Positions 1 to 13,280 of a DNA stretch of 64,000 nucleotides are shown piece by piece. The position numbers and the translations under genes are program-made. The number at the start of each line of letters is the position of its first letter. Position 1 is the stretch's first letter. This stretch comes from the human T2T-CHM13v2.0 reference genome, Homo sapiens. The notes beneath the pieces were generated by a model. It searched no databases. It was not told where the DNA came from and saw only the letters and a list, made by a program, of their open reading frames with translations. Location: NCBI RefSeq assembly GCF_009914755.1, contig NC_060928.1. One strand, written 5' to 3'.

Positions 1-1768
1 AAGTGTTATTATGAGATTGCAGAAATTCAATCACATCTTCAGATTCCAGTTCTAATTCTAGTTCTCTTGCTATTCTCACTACATCTGCAGTGATTTTTCT
101 CCACCGAAGTCTTAAACTCTTCAAAACCATTCATGACAGTTGGAATGAACTTCTTCCAAACTCTTGTTAATGTTGATATTTTGACTTCCTCCCATGAATC
201 ATGAATGTTCTTAATTGTATCTAGAATGGTAAATCCTTCTGAGATTTTCAATTTACTTTGCCCAGATCCATCAGAGGAATGATCCATCACTATCTATGGG
301 AGATATCGCCCTACAAAATGCATTTCTTAATAGGACTTGAAATTTAAAACTACTCCTTGATCCATGCACTGCAGAATGGATCAAGAATGGCTGCAGAATG
401 GATGTTGTATTAGCAGGCATGAAAACCACATTTATCTCCTTGTACATCTCCATCAGAGCTCTTGGGTAACTAGGTACATTGTTGATGAGCAGCAATATTT
501 TGAAGCACTTTTTTTTTTTAAGCAGTAGGTCTAAATGGTGGGCTTAAAATATTCAGTAAACTATGCTATAAATAGATGTGCCATCTTGCAGGGTTTGTTA
601 CTGTATTCCTAGAGCACAGGTAGGGTAGATTTAATGTACTTTTTAAGGGACCTAAGGTTTTCAGAATGCTAAACGAGCACTGGCTTCAACTTATAGTCAT
701 TCGTTGTATTGGCTCTTAACAAGCGAGTCAACTTGTCCTTTGAAGCTTTGAAACCAGGCATTGACTGCTCTTGCTGTGAAAGTTCTAGATGGCATTTTCT
801 TCCAATAGAAGGCTGCTTTGTCTCCAGTGAAAATCTGTTGTTTAGTGTAGCCACCTTCATTAATTATCTTAGTTAGACCTTCTGGATAACTTGTTGCAGC
901 TTCTCCATCAACACTGCTACTGCACTTTGCACTTTTATGTTATGGAGACGGTGTCTTTCCTTAAACTGCATGAACCATCCTCTGCTAGCTTTCAACCTTT
1001 CTTCTTCAGCTTCTTCACCTCTCTCAGCCTTCGCAGAATTGAAAAGAGTAGTGCCTTGTGCTGAATTAGGATTTGGTTTAAGGGAATATTGTGGCTGGTT
1101 TGGTTTTCTTTCACGACCACTCAAACTTTCTCCATATCAGCAATAAGGCTGTTTTGCTTTCTTATCATTTGTGTACTCATTGGAAAAGATTTCCATCAGA
1201 AGCTTTTTGTTTACAGTCACAGTTTAGCTAACTGCTTGACATAAGAGGCCTAGCTTTCAGCCTATCTCAGCTCTTATCATGCCTTCCTCACTAAGCTTAA
1301 TCATTTCTAGACTAAAAACACTTAGTCACTTGAAAAGTTAGAGGCCATTGTAGGGTTATTAATTGGTCTAATTTCAATATTGTTGTGTCTTAGGTAGTAG
1401 GAAGGCCTGAGGAGAAGGACAGAGATGGGGAAATAGTTAAATAGTTGTTTGATGAAGCCGTCAGTACACATACAACACTTAATAAGTTCAGTGTCTTATA
1501 TGAGCACAATTCATGGTGCCCCAGAACAATTGCAATAGTAACATCAAAGATCACTCATCACAGATCACCACAACAGATATAAAATAAAAAGTCTGAAATA
1601 TTGCAAGAATTAGCAACATGTGACCCAGAGACAGATTAAGCACATGCTGTTGGAAAAGCGGTACTGATATATTTACTTAATGCAGGGGTGCCACCACTTT
1701 CAATTTCTAAAAAATGAATTATCTCAAAAGCTCAATAAAGCAAAATGCAATAAAACGAGGTATGCACA
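1..1768 (-). mobile_element. Tigger1 DNA transposon (TcMar/pogo), 5' portion; continues off the left edge; transposase disrupted
   Basis: Reverse complement of the Tigger1 5' terminus (gcaataaaacgaggtatgc) at 1747-1765. Minus-strand ORF fragments ([48 protein letters not shown]) are pogo/CENP-B-like transposase pieces in different frames. Confidence 0.92.
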
Positions 1769-1868
1769 TCCTAATCACATCCTAAAGGCCTCACCTCTTA
1801 ATACTGTCGTAATGGCAATTATGTTTCCAACTGATAAACTTTGGAGGAGGCACATTCACATCGTAGCA
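1769..1868 (-). mobile_element. MaLR LTR remnant (MST/MLT1A-like) interrupted by Tigger1
   Basis: ctaatcacatcctaaaggcctcacctcttaatactg...cacattcacatcgtagca resembles a MaLR LTR terminus. Confidence 0.6.
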
Positions 1869-2224
1869 CCATATAAATGAATGCAAAGCAAAATGGGCCC
1901 AAGTAGGTTGTTGAAAAACTAATGGGTAGAAGGGTCTTGGATGCCCACATTAATTGGAGGAAAATGAAAAAGAGACAGTAGGATAATCAATGGCAATAAG
2001 ATTTCTTGCCATGGAAAGGTCTAAACTAGATATGAATGAAAATCCAGCTAAATGCAAAGTTCAGGATTGGTCTTTTCCCTTTTTTCCCAAATATACACTA
2101 TGTTATTTTCTACTTTATGTCTTTGGTACACAAAGTGAAATATGGCATGGGTTGCCAAATTTTGCAAAGTAAATAATACATAGAATTCAGACCCTACTGG
2201 ATAAATACATTCTATTTTTAATGA

Positions 2225-2564
<340 letters not shown>

Positions 2565-3064
2565 ATGATGATGATGATAGATTCCTTCTCAGCAATCCAG
2601 AGGAATTAAATCTAGTCTATCTTAATCCATGTTTATCAACCTGTATTGTGTAATTCAATTAGGCACTTAACATTAGAAACTTATAAAAACAAAAGAAGCA
2701 TAATACTCAGCTGTTAAGAAAAATGTGATATCAACTACTCCTCCTTTATTACAGTGACTCAGAACACCCGTGTCCTTCCCAACATTGGATGCAATGCTAA
2801 AGACATGATGTTGCTCCTGCTGGACCACACCTTGAAGGAATTGCCTACCCCACCTCACCTCCAAAATTAAAGTCTTTCGTTTTGACAAAAGTTAATGATA
2901 AGGATTGATGTGCTAATTTCAGCACCTCCACTTCATGTCTACACTGTGGACATATACTTTTTTGTTGTTTTGGGGTTTTTGTCATGTTTCACTCACTTTC
3001 TCTATTATTCTTTATAGCAGGACTTGCTTTAGAGTCGTTACTTTCTGTTAAAGTTGTTCCTTCA

Positions 3065-3388
<324 letters not shown>

Positions 3389-5014
3389 TCATTGGCTTCT
3401 TCACACCTAACACCTATCTTTTCACACAAGGCAGAAATAAATTGCTATTAGCTAATCTGCTAAATCCACTTAGAAATATAATCAAGAAAAAGGAAAACAT
3501 CCTTGTGTCCAAGGCATTCTGATTTGTAAAAATGGTTTGTATGTGTCATTTACTCAAATCAAAAATCATTTCACCAAAAGTACTCAGAAACATAACCCTA
3601 AACATATGTGTATTCCATCCCAAAGTTTTTCATGTAGTCAGTATTTTTGTATAGTCACCATTATAAAAATATTTTATTTAATAGTGTTGTTGATATATTA
3701 GTATATAGTGTGAGATTCAGATACTTAAATTTTTTAAAAACTTGCATTCATTAACATATCAACATATATTTTCTCCTTTTATTTACATTAATCTGTGATA
3801 TCAACATGAGAGCAAGAATTATATTGAAATTTATATTTTTCCTGGAAAGAAAGTGAAGTTCTGTGAACATGAGTAATTTGCTCACCACCATCTAGCCAGT
3901 ATGTCTGTAGAACTGAGATCAAAATCCAGTTCTTCTAACTCTTTCTATTTTCAAAGTAGAGATTCCTCCTAATGCCAAACAAGAGTTCCCTGGCTCTGTT
4001 TTCTATCCTAGGAGGTGATTGTCTTAATGATTTTGTTTTAAATTGTATCTTTTTTCAGTTTTATGTGTAGAGGATATAACATATACAAATATAATTCATG
4101 GAAACACTCAGGTTGTTCAGAGTTGGAATGTCAGTGATTTTGTTGTTTTAAGCACTATGACGTGTAGGAGACACTTACATATACTAACAGTATAGAAAGG
4201 AATGATCTTAATATTATATTAATTATAATTAATTAACAAATTTGCATAAATTTTACTAAAAGTATGACATCAGCCAACAGAATATTAGTAGTCAAGTGTG
4301 CACATTGGTGTCAAAATAAGACAGTTTCTAGCCTCAAAGAGAGTAGTTAGGAAAGCATCATTATATACACAATATCATATAGTATATAATATTTCTATAG
4401 TGCTTACAACTACAAAGCACTTCCCCTCCTTTTCTTCCTACTCAAAATGATCTTGTGAACTAAGCAGGGCAGGGCTTCATTCTATTTTACAGATAAGGCA
4501 GCCCTAGATCAGAATTCATGGCAGACATTCAATCTTCAAACACGTATCAAGAGACTGCTATGTGTCAGCAGTGATTTGGGGGCACTGGGCATGGGAAGCT
4601 AACACCAGTAGGGTGCCTCCCACAGGCTTCCAGAGTAAGGGAGAAGAAGGAACCATCATCCGTCACTGGGAGGCTGTGGTGACTGCCATACCAGAGGACA
4701 AGGGAGGCAGAAACAGTCTGAAGGCTCAACCGTGAACAATGTGTGTCTTTGAACTGTGAACCCAGTGTGTCTGTGTTTGATTCCAGTGCCTTTTTCAGGA
4801 GCAATTGAGTCACAAGCCATGAGATTCTGATGATAAATGTTACTGGAATTCAGAGAAGGAAAGAACATTGGGATGTGCTGGAACCGTTAGAGTAAGTGAG
4901 GTTCAGTGTTGGCTTTACAGGATGGGTTAGTGGTTGGATAGCTACAGGGAAGGGGAAGCATTCCAAAGAAGCAAATTACAAAGCAGGAGCTTGGCGAGAG
5001 ACAGTGGGTCTTGC

Positions 5015-5605
5015 TATGGTGGTTAATTCTGTGTCAACTTAACTGGGTTAAGGGATACACAGAGAGCAGATAAAGCATCGTTTCTGGGTGAGTTTGCTGG
5101 GGTGATTCTGGAAGAGGATAGTCTTTGAATCAGCAGATCAAGTAAAGATTTGCCCTCACCAATGTGGGCAGGCATCATCCCATCCATTAAGGGTCCAAAT
5201 AGACCAAAAAGGCAGAGACAGGATGAATTCTCTCTTCCCTTCAGCTGGGACTTCCATCTTCTGCCTTTGGAGATCAGAGCTCTTGGTTCTCGGGTCTTCC
5301 AACTCCAGGATGTACACCAACACATCCCCCACTTCCCCACCCAGGCTCTGGCTCAGACTGGGATTTACATGATCAGCCCTCCTACTTTTGGACTCAGGCA
5401 GAATTACACCACAGGCTTTCTTGGGTCTCCAGCTCACAGAGGGCAGATGGTGGGTCTTCTCAGCTTCCATGAGCATGTGAACCAATGCCCATGTTAATTA
5501 GTGTGTGCATATGTATACACACATACCGATAGATTAGATAGACAGATGATAGATGATAGACAGATGATAGATGATAGACAGATGATAGATGATAGACAGA
5601 TAGAT

Positions 5606-5664
<59 letters not shown>

Positions 5665-5689
5665 TCTCTGGAGAACCTTGACTAATGCA
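5015..5689 (+). mobile_element. MLT2-family (ERVL) solo LTR
   Basis: Starts tatggtggttaattctgtgtcaactt, ends ttctctggagaaccttgactaatgca; both match recalled MLT2 termini. Confidence 0.85.
5528..5664. repeat. Compound (GATA/GACA)n microsatellite inside the MLT2 LTR
   Basis: Three copies of GATAGACAGATGATAGAT followed by a pure (GATA)n run. Confidence 0.97.
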
Positions 5690-7262
5690 GTTGGGAATGA
5701 AGTGAGTTGTCAAATCTGACAGAGGTAGTGTATGTAGACTGAGAAAAATTAGAAAATGAAGCTTCACCAGTAGAACGGCACAAAATTATAAGTGACCATT
5801 AAGGCTGGGAGAGAGAGTTTGATCTTTATGCAGAAGAAAATAGGGTGTGGTATGCAGAAGGGTGCCATGACAATATGAGTGATTTAGAAAGCTTATCGCA
5901 GTGAAAGATGGATTCCAGAAGGAATGGGTAGAGACAGATTTATCAGTTAAAGAGCTGCTGTAACATTCCAGGCATGAAGGGTGAAAGTCTGAGCTTCAGC
6001 CTCAGTAGCCAGACTCGAGAAGAAAGGGTAAATTCAAGAGACACTTTAGAAGGGAAAATGATGAGCACAGTGACAGACTGCCTCTAGCGAATTTCAAAAT
6101 GGCAAGCATCAAACATTACTCTTCTCTTTGTACTCATTATGCTTTTCATCTCATTGTACTTTCCATTAATTCTTTATGACGTGTCATTTGAGCAACAATA
6201 ATTTAAACATTTAAGAAGATGTGTGACTATCATTTTCTGAGAAGTACAATGAGATGAAAGATGTTAAAAGTACACTGCATATAGTAAGTGCTCAATAAAT
6301 GTTCATGAAGAAATTAAAATTTAAAATTGCTAACATATAAATCCTTTCAGAGATAAGTTTTGGGATCTAGAGTTGTCACACTTGAGTTATACAAAGCTTG
6401 AAGTCAAGAACAAAGAAATGGGGGTTTTAAGCAGTAAAATGTTACAGGAGACTGCTTTGGAAATTCAAGAAAAGAAATTGATACAAACAACTCGAGAGAT
6501 GATATATTAAAATACAAATGAGAAGTATCCCATCTAATTTTTATACCAGAGGTATACTATTGAATCAGCAAAATTATGAAATTTTTATGGATTGGTAGTA
6601 CTAGAATATACTCAAGAGAGCTCAGAAATGAAAACGTATCTGTCTAGTGACAAAAAACTAAAAATGAAGTTTTATCTCTGTCAATGATTTGTATATGATA
6701 ATGACTGTATTATTATTATGAACAAAAGCTGAATAAAAATAAAGATATTATTAGGTCACTTCATGAAATTAAATTTTTGAATAACAAGTTAATTATAAAT
6801 ACAAATCTTCCAACATTTTTCGATCCAGATGATTCTCACAAAATTTAGAGACAAATGTGTTGTGCACTGACTTCACAATTGAGGAATGGAATCAAAATCA
6901 TTGCTCAAATGTTAATTATACCATTTTGCTTGTTCAGAAAAACATATCTCAGTAAAATCTGATATTTATAAGTTTATAAAAATATTCACGGAAATTTTTT
7001 ACAAAGAAAGAAAAGCCAACCCAGTCAATATAAAAATATTAATTTTATAAATAAGAAGTTTGCCTCTTATTCAGAAAAATGTTTTTCCCCAGAAAAATTT
7101 TACTTACATTAAACATCCTAAGCAAACAGCTGAAATTGTTTTGAAACATACAAAATATTGATGCGATGACTGTCTAGTAAACTAGTTTATTTGGAAATTT
7201 TCAATCATGTCATTCATATAGATTCTGAAATTAAATACAGAAAAACATCTCCAATGTACGTA

Positions 7263-7551
7263 CAGTTTATGCACTGTTAGGAGGTTTTTTCTCTGTGGGA
7301 ACACCATAGGGTACCCTTACCCAAACCTAGATGGTATAGCCTACTACACATCTGGGCTGTATGGCATAGCCTACTGCTTAGGCAATGAGCCTGTACAGAA
7401 TGTCACTGACAGCAGGTTACTGTGCTGAATACTGCAGGCAATTTAACACAGTGTAAATATTTGTGTATCTAAACATATCTATTATAATTTTATGAAACCT
7501 CTATTACATATGAGGTTCATCACTGAAACATTGTTATGGGAAACATGGCTG
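7263..7551 (-). mobile_element. Tigger3a/MER7-like non-autonomous DNA transposon
   Basis: TA|cagt...catggctg|TA ends; internal aaacctagatggtatagcctactacaca and tgtgtatctaaacatatct motifs. Confidence 0.8.
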
Positions 7552-10019
7552 TATATTCCCCTGAAATCATTAATTTTCATCATTTATATGCTCAGCATCA
7601 TTTATATGCTCATTTATATGATTTTATAGAGTTGTTCAGATTTAGTTCATGAATGCTTTCTTCGGTTGCATCCTACCTAAACCTTTACAGAGATTCATAG
7701 CTGGAATTAATCTGATTTTTTTCCATAGTACATGTTTATCTCCTTTACAGCACTTATATAACAATGCTGCTATAGATCAGCCTTCCCTGGCATGTGTGAG
7801 GAATTCATTCAGTATTTGTTCAATAAGCAATACATTGAACTTTGAACACCTCTTCTTTCTTCTCTGGTACCCTGGATACGGAAGGTGCTCAGAAAATTGA
7901 TTCTAATCTCTTCATATTTTTGCAGCCCTCAGCAATGTTAAATAACGTGTTTAAAATGAGATACATAATTTAGGGTTAAACTTCTTTTTTACACATATTA
8001 GAAGTATTTTAAAAACTAAAAGAGATTCAAACCGCAATCAAATTTGCCTTTGTTTTACTAAATGAGAAATGCTAATATTAGGTTTATGATAAAAATATTT
8101 TATCAGGAACAACAGTAAGTAAATAATTTTTTTAAAATTTTGACATCACTTGTCCTAATGTTATATCAGAAATCTTATCTAATCTGTTTTTTACCTGCCA
8201 TTGTTCTCTGAGAGGAATACTTGACATAATGAACTCAAAATACGACTCCATGTTTATTTTTGTGTCCTTCCTCAGTTTTACTTCAGTGCTCAAGTTGTTT
8301 GTCTCTATTTTAAAACATTTTCTTTAAATAAAAATGCGTGTACAAATCAAGGTTGAAGCTAGACGCATCTTTCAGTGATCATTGACTTTATCTGTGTCTT
8401 TATCAAGAATAAAGAGCTAGCTAATGTCAGAACCAGGGTTTAATTTGTTGGCCGGGGCAGGGGTGGGGGAGGCTCTGTTTTTTCCTATTAAAAAATCCAA
8501 CACTGAAGTATCCTCCTGAATACGTACATTGATATATTGTGTATAAAGAGAAAAATGAACATGTAATTTGTCTCCTTTAAAAATTGACTTTTTTAGTATA
8601 ATGACACACACAAAGTGCAATAAGGCAATTCTCCCGAATGCATTTTCTTTGGGCAGACAGATGTAAGATGACTTCAGGAGCCTCAATAATTCATGCAGCT
8701 TCCTATATTGTCTTTTACATTCATAACACTTTAATCTATTGTTCCATTGTCTTGCTTGGCCAATATAGAGAAGTGATGACTGAATTCGGTTTGAAGTCTC
8801 AGTCTTTTCTCACCCTGGTTTTCTTGTTTCTATTCTCCCACACCAATAAATACGTGAAACCTAATAAGGATAAAAAAATTCTGTTGAGAGTAGAACGATA
8901 TTTTAAAAACACGAGGTGTGACTTCTAGAGATAGGTAAGTTTAGACACATGCGTGCTGCATGCCAATGGACTTGTTATGCTCTTTTTTCTCTTCAATTAA
9001 TCAGTACTAGAATTATACCAGAGACACATCTTATAGCCAGTTTAGTGACATTGCTTGACAACGCTCACATACTTACTGAACGAAGTTTATAATTTTTCAT
9101 CCTCATAGCACCTTCTATCCTTATTACAACTAAGTATGTCAGAATTGCCTTATTATATATCACACACGAAAAACTAATTCTAAGAGAAGTTCCATCATTT
9201 ACTCAAGGTGGCAGGATTACTGTCTTAATCGAAATTTAAACTGAAGTTTTCTGATTAAAATCATGTGATAATAGCATTACTCTCTGGGAACTCACCTGTC
9301 AGAGGTAACAACATTTTGTAGCTTTCCTAAAGATTTTTTCTCAAGGAGAAAAATTTAGGGTTCTAGATGAATAAGAGGTTACATCTTAATAACCTTCAAC
9401 ACATATCACCTGTCTCTAAAAACAAGCCTGTAATTGTCAGACTCCTGTTGATTAATTTCCTTTGCTGGGAAGACTTGATCCCATTTTCATTGCTTCCCTG
9501 CTAGCAAAGCCCTGTTCCTGTCAAATCATGTGTATTACAGTGCTTTTGATTTCCTCTACAATTAGTCTAGTTTTTTAATGATAGCGGTATGTGCCCATGA
9601 TAAAACTGTAGTCTGCAAAATAGGAAATGGTGTTAAGAACAACATAAGAAGACTTTTGTTTCCCCTATAATTAGAGCGGTCCAAAATGGAATAGGCTTTC
9701 TCCTAAAAGAAATATTTATAGGTGTGCTGAAGCTGGTATTGTATGACGGCAGGTCAGAATGGCAAGAAGAAAAATCCTGCATCGACTGAGGGGTGGATCT
9801 AGATTAGTCTTTTCTAGCACTTTCCTCGTAAGAATCATCTAGGGAGTTTGTTAAAATACATTTTCCCTTGGTTCTGGCTATCTGTGTGTCAGCTAGATCC
9901 CGAGGTCATTTTTACGATCTGGAAGTTTTGACAATATTGCCTCGGCAGATGACTAACAGAACTTCCGCCTCAGCAAAAGTCTTTGCACTGGGGCTAGGAA
10001 TGTGTCAAGTGAGAGCTTT

Positions 10020-10306
10020 TGTGTTTTGCGTTTTTTAAATTAGTATTATTTTTATTGACAAATCATAATTTTATATGTTTATGGGGTACAATGTGATATT
10101 TTGATATATAACAATGTGAAATGATTAAATTGAGCTAATTAACATATCCATCATCTCGTTTACCGATCATTTTTTATGGCGAGACATTTGAAATGTACTC
10201 TTTTAGTCATCTTGAAATATACAGTATAGTACTGACTAGAGTTGTTCTGTCGTGCAGCAGGGGGAGGGAGGGAGGGCATGGGAAGTTGTTGAATGAGGGG
10301 TACAAA
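10020..10306 (-). mobile_element. Short L1MA-type 3' end fragment with an inverted 5' piece
   Basis: Minus-strand L1MA 3'UTR at 10040-10260 abuts a plus-strand G-rich L1 3'UTR piece at 10261-10308; flanked by aagtga(g/t)agcttt. Confidence 0.7.
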
Positions 10307-12748
10307 GTGATAGCTTTAAGTTGTGATTAAGCTGTGGTTCCTAGCTCGAGGGTTGAAAACAGTTGATGGACTGCAAAGAATATAAGGCATAAAAAAAAAC
10401 GCAAGAAGATATAGAAAAAGAAAGGAAAGGATTGAAGGGGTGGGAGAAGGAAGAAAGAAATGAATGTAAGGAGAAGAAAACATGAAGAAAGGAAGAGAGA
10501 GCGAGAAAAAAAGGAAGGAGGGAAGGAAAAGCTGAGCTCAGATGGAAGAGGGGTATTTAATGCTCGTTGAATGCATGTGCCAAATTTCAGGGATAAATTG
10601 GGCAGAGTAGAAAATAAATTAAATATGACTCAAATCCATAGTAAAATATAAACTGGATCCCAGGCCAATTTTTTTTTCTTTTCATCTACTGTCAGAAAAG
10701 TAAAGTTTTTGTAGTAGGGAAATAAGGAACATTTGATTTTTATAAATCTCCTAAAACATTAAGAAATTTTTGAGTTTGAGGTGAACTAGGAAACCAAATA
10801 TCAAATATCTGTCTCTTTTGTAATTATTTCTTGCCTGGCTCTCAACCTACTGTCTTCTCTTTTTTAATTAAAGGCTTCCTGGGATACATATGTACTCATA
10901 TTTGGTCATGATATCTTTTGATACAATTATAATTCAAATAATTTAAATTATCAAAGAATAATTTCCATTTGTAGAGATGCTGAACAGACTCTAAGGATGA
11001 CCGTATGTTCCAAGGCAGACATGATCCACACCCAAAAGCGTAAATAGCTTATATGAGCAGCTCTTAGAATGACAGCCATATGCAATAATCAGCTGGACAC
11101 CTGTCTCTTTGTGTTTGCATACAGCAAAATATACTTAGGGAGCATTTCTACATCACAAAAGGAAGTTTTATTCAGCTTTATTATCAATGAATAATATATC
11201 AGAATACAGTTTGCATAGTGCCACTCATACCAAAATTACAGTGAATTTTCCTCTTGAGATGACTCAGTCTCAATAAGAGATCATTTGTCTATATACATAT
11301 AACCTGCACAGAATGCAATTTTTGTGCATAAATATTAAATCATTATGATTCATTTTGTTTAAGGAACTAAAAATACAGTTAAATCTATTATTGTGCCTAA
11401 CTATAAGAGTTTTCTGACTATGCATTACAATGTTTGAATCAATATAATTTTATTATATGTATGTTGTTATACAGTTTAAAAGTATGTTAGCTTAGAGTAT
11501 TTAATATGTGGCACTCACAGACAAATAACAAAACGAAGTCCCTAGAAAATAGCATGATATTAAATGTTTTATCATGAATAAAAAAATATTTGAATAGTGC
11601 TTCATAGAATAATTACCTTTCTCTGGGTTTATAATATTGGTAAAGTCTAAAGATCTTCTGATTGGAAAGGAAGATAATAATGGTGTCTTAAGATAACCTC
11701 TTGAATCTTCTCAGAATCACTCAGAATGAGACAGAAATGCTAGAGGGTTCACAACGAGCATGCTGTTTTGTCAGTCCCCCTCTTCATCCTTACCATGGTA
11801 CAGCAGAAAGTTGCTAAGGATTTCTCTCGGTGAAATCTGAGCTTTGACCACATTTTGAAGTCACTCCATATATACCTTTGGAAGAAATGCCAAAGACAAT
11901 CTTTTGCAAAATTTCTTGTATTTATTTGTAACTGAAAAATGATTGAGCAGCTATTTTGTGCCAGGATGTGGGCAAGGTATTGAGAAAAAAGAAATGATTA
12001 TGGCATTAATTATTTTTCTCCAGCAGTTCACAATATTCTACAAAAAAGAGATACTGGGGCAAAACCAGAAACAAAACTAAACATCAGTAACTAAATTTTT
12101 CCACACTAAAGACACAAATGAGGTAATATGTACATTAAGACTTAAAATTTAAATACATCCAAGCCCCTCAAGCTTTTTCCCACCCAGATTATGCCCTCTG
12201 CAAATCACTCTACAGCTGCTGGGATTTGTTTACAGTGGAGCTGGGCACCTAGAACTGTTGTGAACATCAGGTCTGGCATGTGTGGCATAGGGTCAGGGCC
12301 GTGCATGTTCCCTTAGGCACACTTCGCATGCTGGTCAGGATGTGCACATACTTGGCCAAGCCTGTGCCCAGGGCAGCAGTGTCCTTTGCCCTCTGTGAAG
12401 GGCTGACTGGCCCGGATTTGTTCAGTTCAGCCTGTTTGGTGAGAAATCTCTCATGGACCTTTTCTCACTGGATAACCACAAAGAGATGAATTTAGATTAT
12501 ATTCTCTAAATATAATCTACATTATAAAGGAGGGAACTGGAAAAAGGATGCTGGAGTTGAATTTGCCTTCCATCTTTTTCTACGGTTTCCTTGTGTCAAA
12601 ACCATTTCTGTCCTCATATTGCCCTTTCAAATGCTAATTACATTTAAAGTTTTTTTCACAGAGCACTTTACAGTTTACAAAAGTAATTCAATGTGATTTC
12701 ATGGAATAGGAAAATAACATGTTGGTGTGAATATCTGAGGCTTTATTC

Positions 12749-12934
12749 TCACTAAGTACAGGGTACAGATACAGTAAGTGAAGCTGGTGAATATTTGAGA
12801 GCCGTGGGTGGTGGTCCGCACCTGTGGTCCCAGCTACATGGTCACTAAGTACAGGGTACAGATACAGTAAGTGAAGCTGGTGAATATTCGAGAGCCATGG
12901 GTGGTGGTCGGCACCTGTGGTCCCAGCTACATGG
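12749..12934. repeat. 93-bp tandem duplication (2 copies, 3 mismatches)
   Basis: tcactaagtacagggtacagatac...cccagctacatgg starts at 12749 and again at 12842. Confidence 0.97.
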
Positions 12935-13045
12935 GAGACCGAGGAGGGAGGATTGGCTGAGTGCAGGCCTGGAAGGCAATGTGCTAGGATCATGGCGCTG
13001 CACTCCAGCTTGGCAACACAGTGAGATCCCGCCTCTAAAACAACT
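12893..13045 (+). mobile_element. Alu monomer (FRAM/FAM-like), diverged
   Basis: cacctgtggtcccagctac...gcactccagcttggcaacacagtgagatcccgcctctaaaa. Confidence 0.8.
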
Positions 13046-13074
13046 TAAATTTTTTAAACAATGAATATTTTATC

Positions 13075-13280
13075 ATAGTAACAGTAGCAAATTTTAAAGC
13101 ATTTATTATTGACCAGGTATAGTGGTATAGTGATAAGTAGGTACATATATTGTTTTATTTAGTGTTTAACCCTCAGGAATAAGTATGCTTATTGCCCTTC
13201 ACAGGTGGGAAAAGCAAGGCAAAGAGAAAGTGAACAACAATGAAACTAGGAACGTAACCCAAGCGCTCGTGCCAGAGCGT
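13075..13280 (-). mobile_element. MIR fragment
   Basis: Degenerate MIR core-like sequence. Confidence 0.45.

Noticed and set aside
39-1124. Transposase ORFs as a functional gene
   Set aside because: Short fragments in different frames of a decayed Tigger1.
5023-5497. Three overlapping ORFs of more than 100 aa
   Set aside because: All lie within the MLT2 LTR and have no recognisable protein features.
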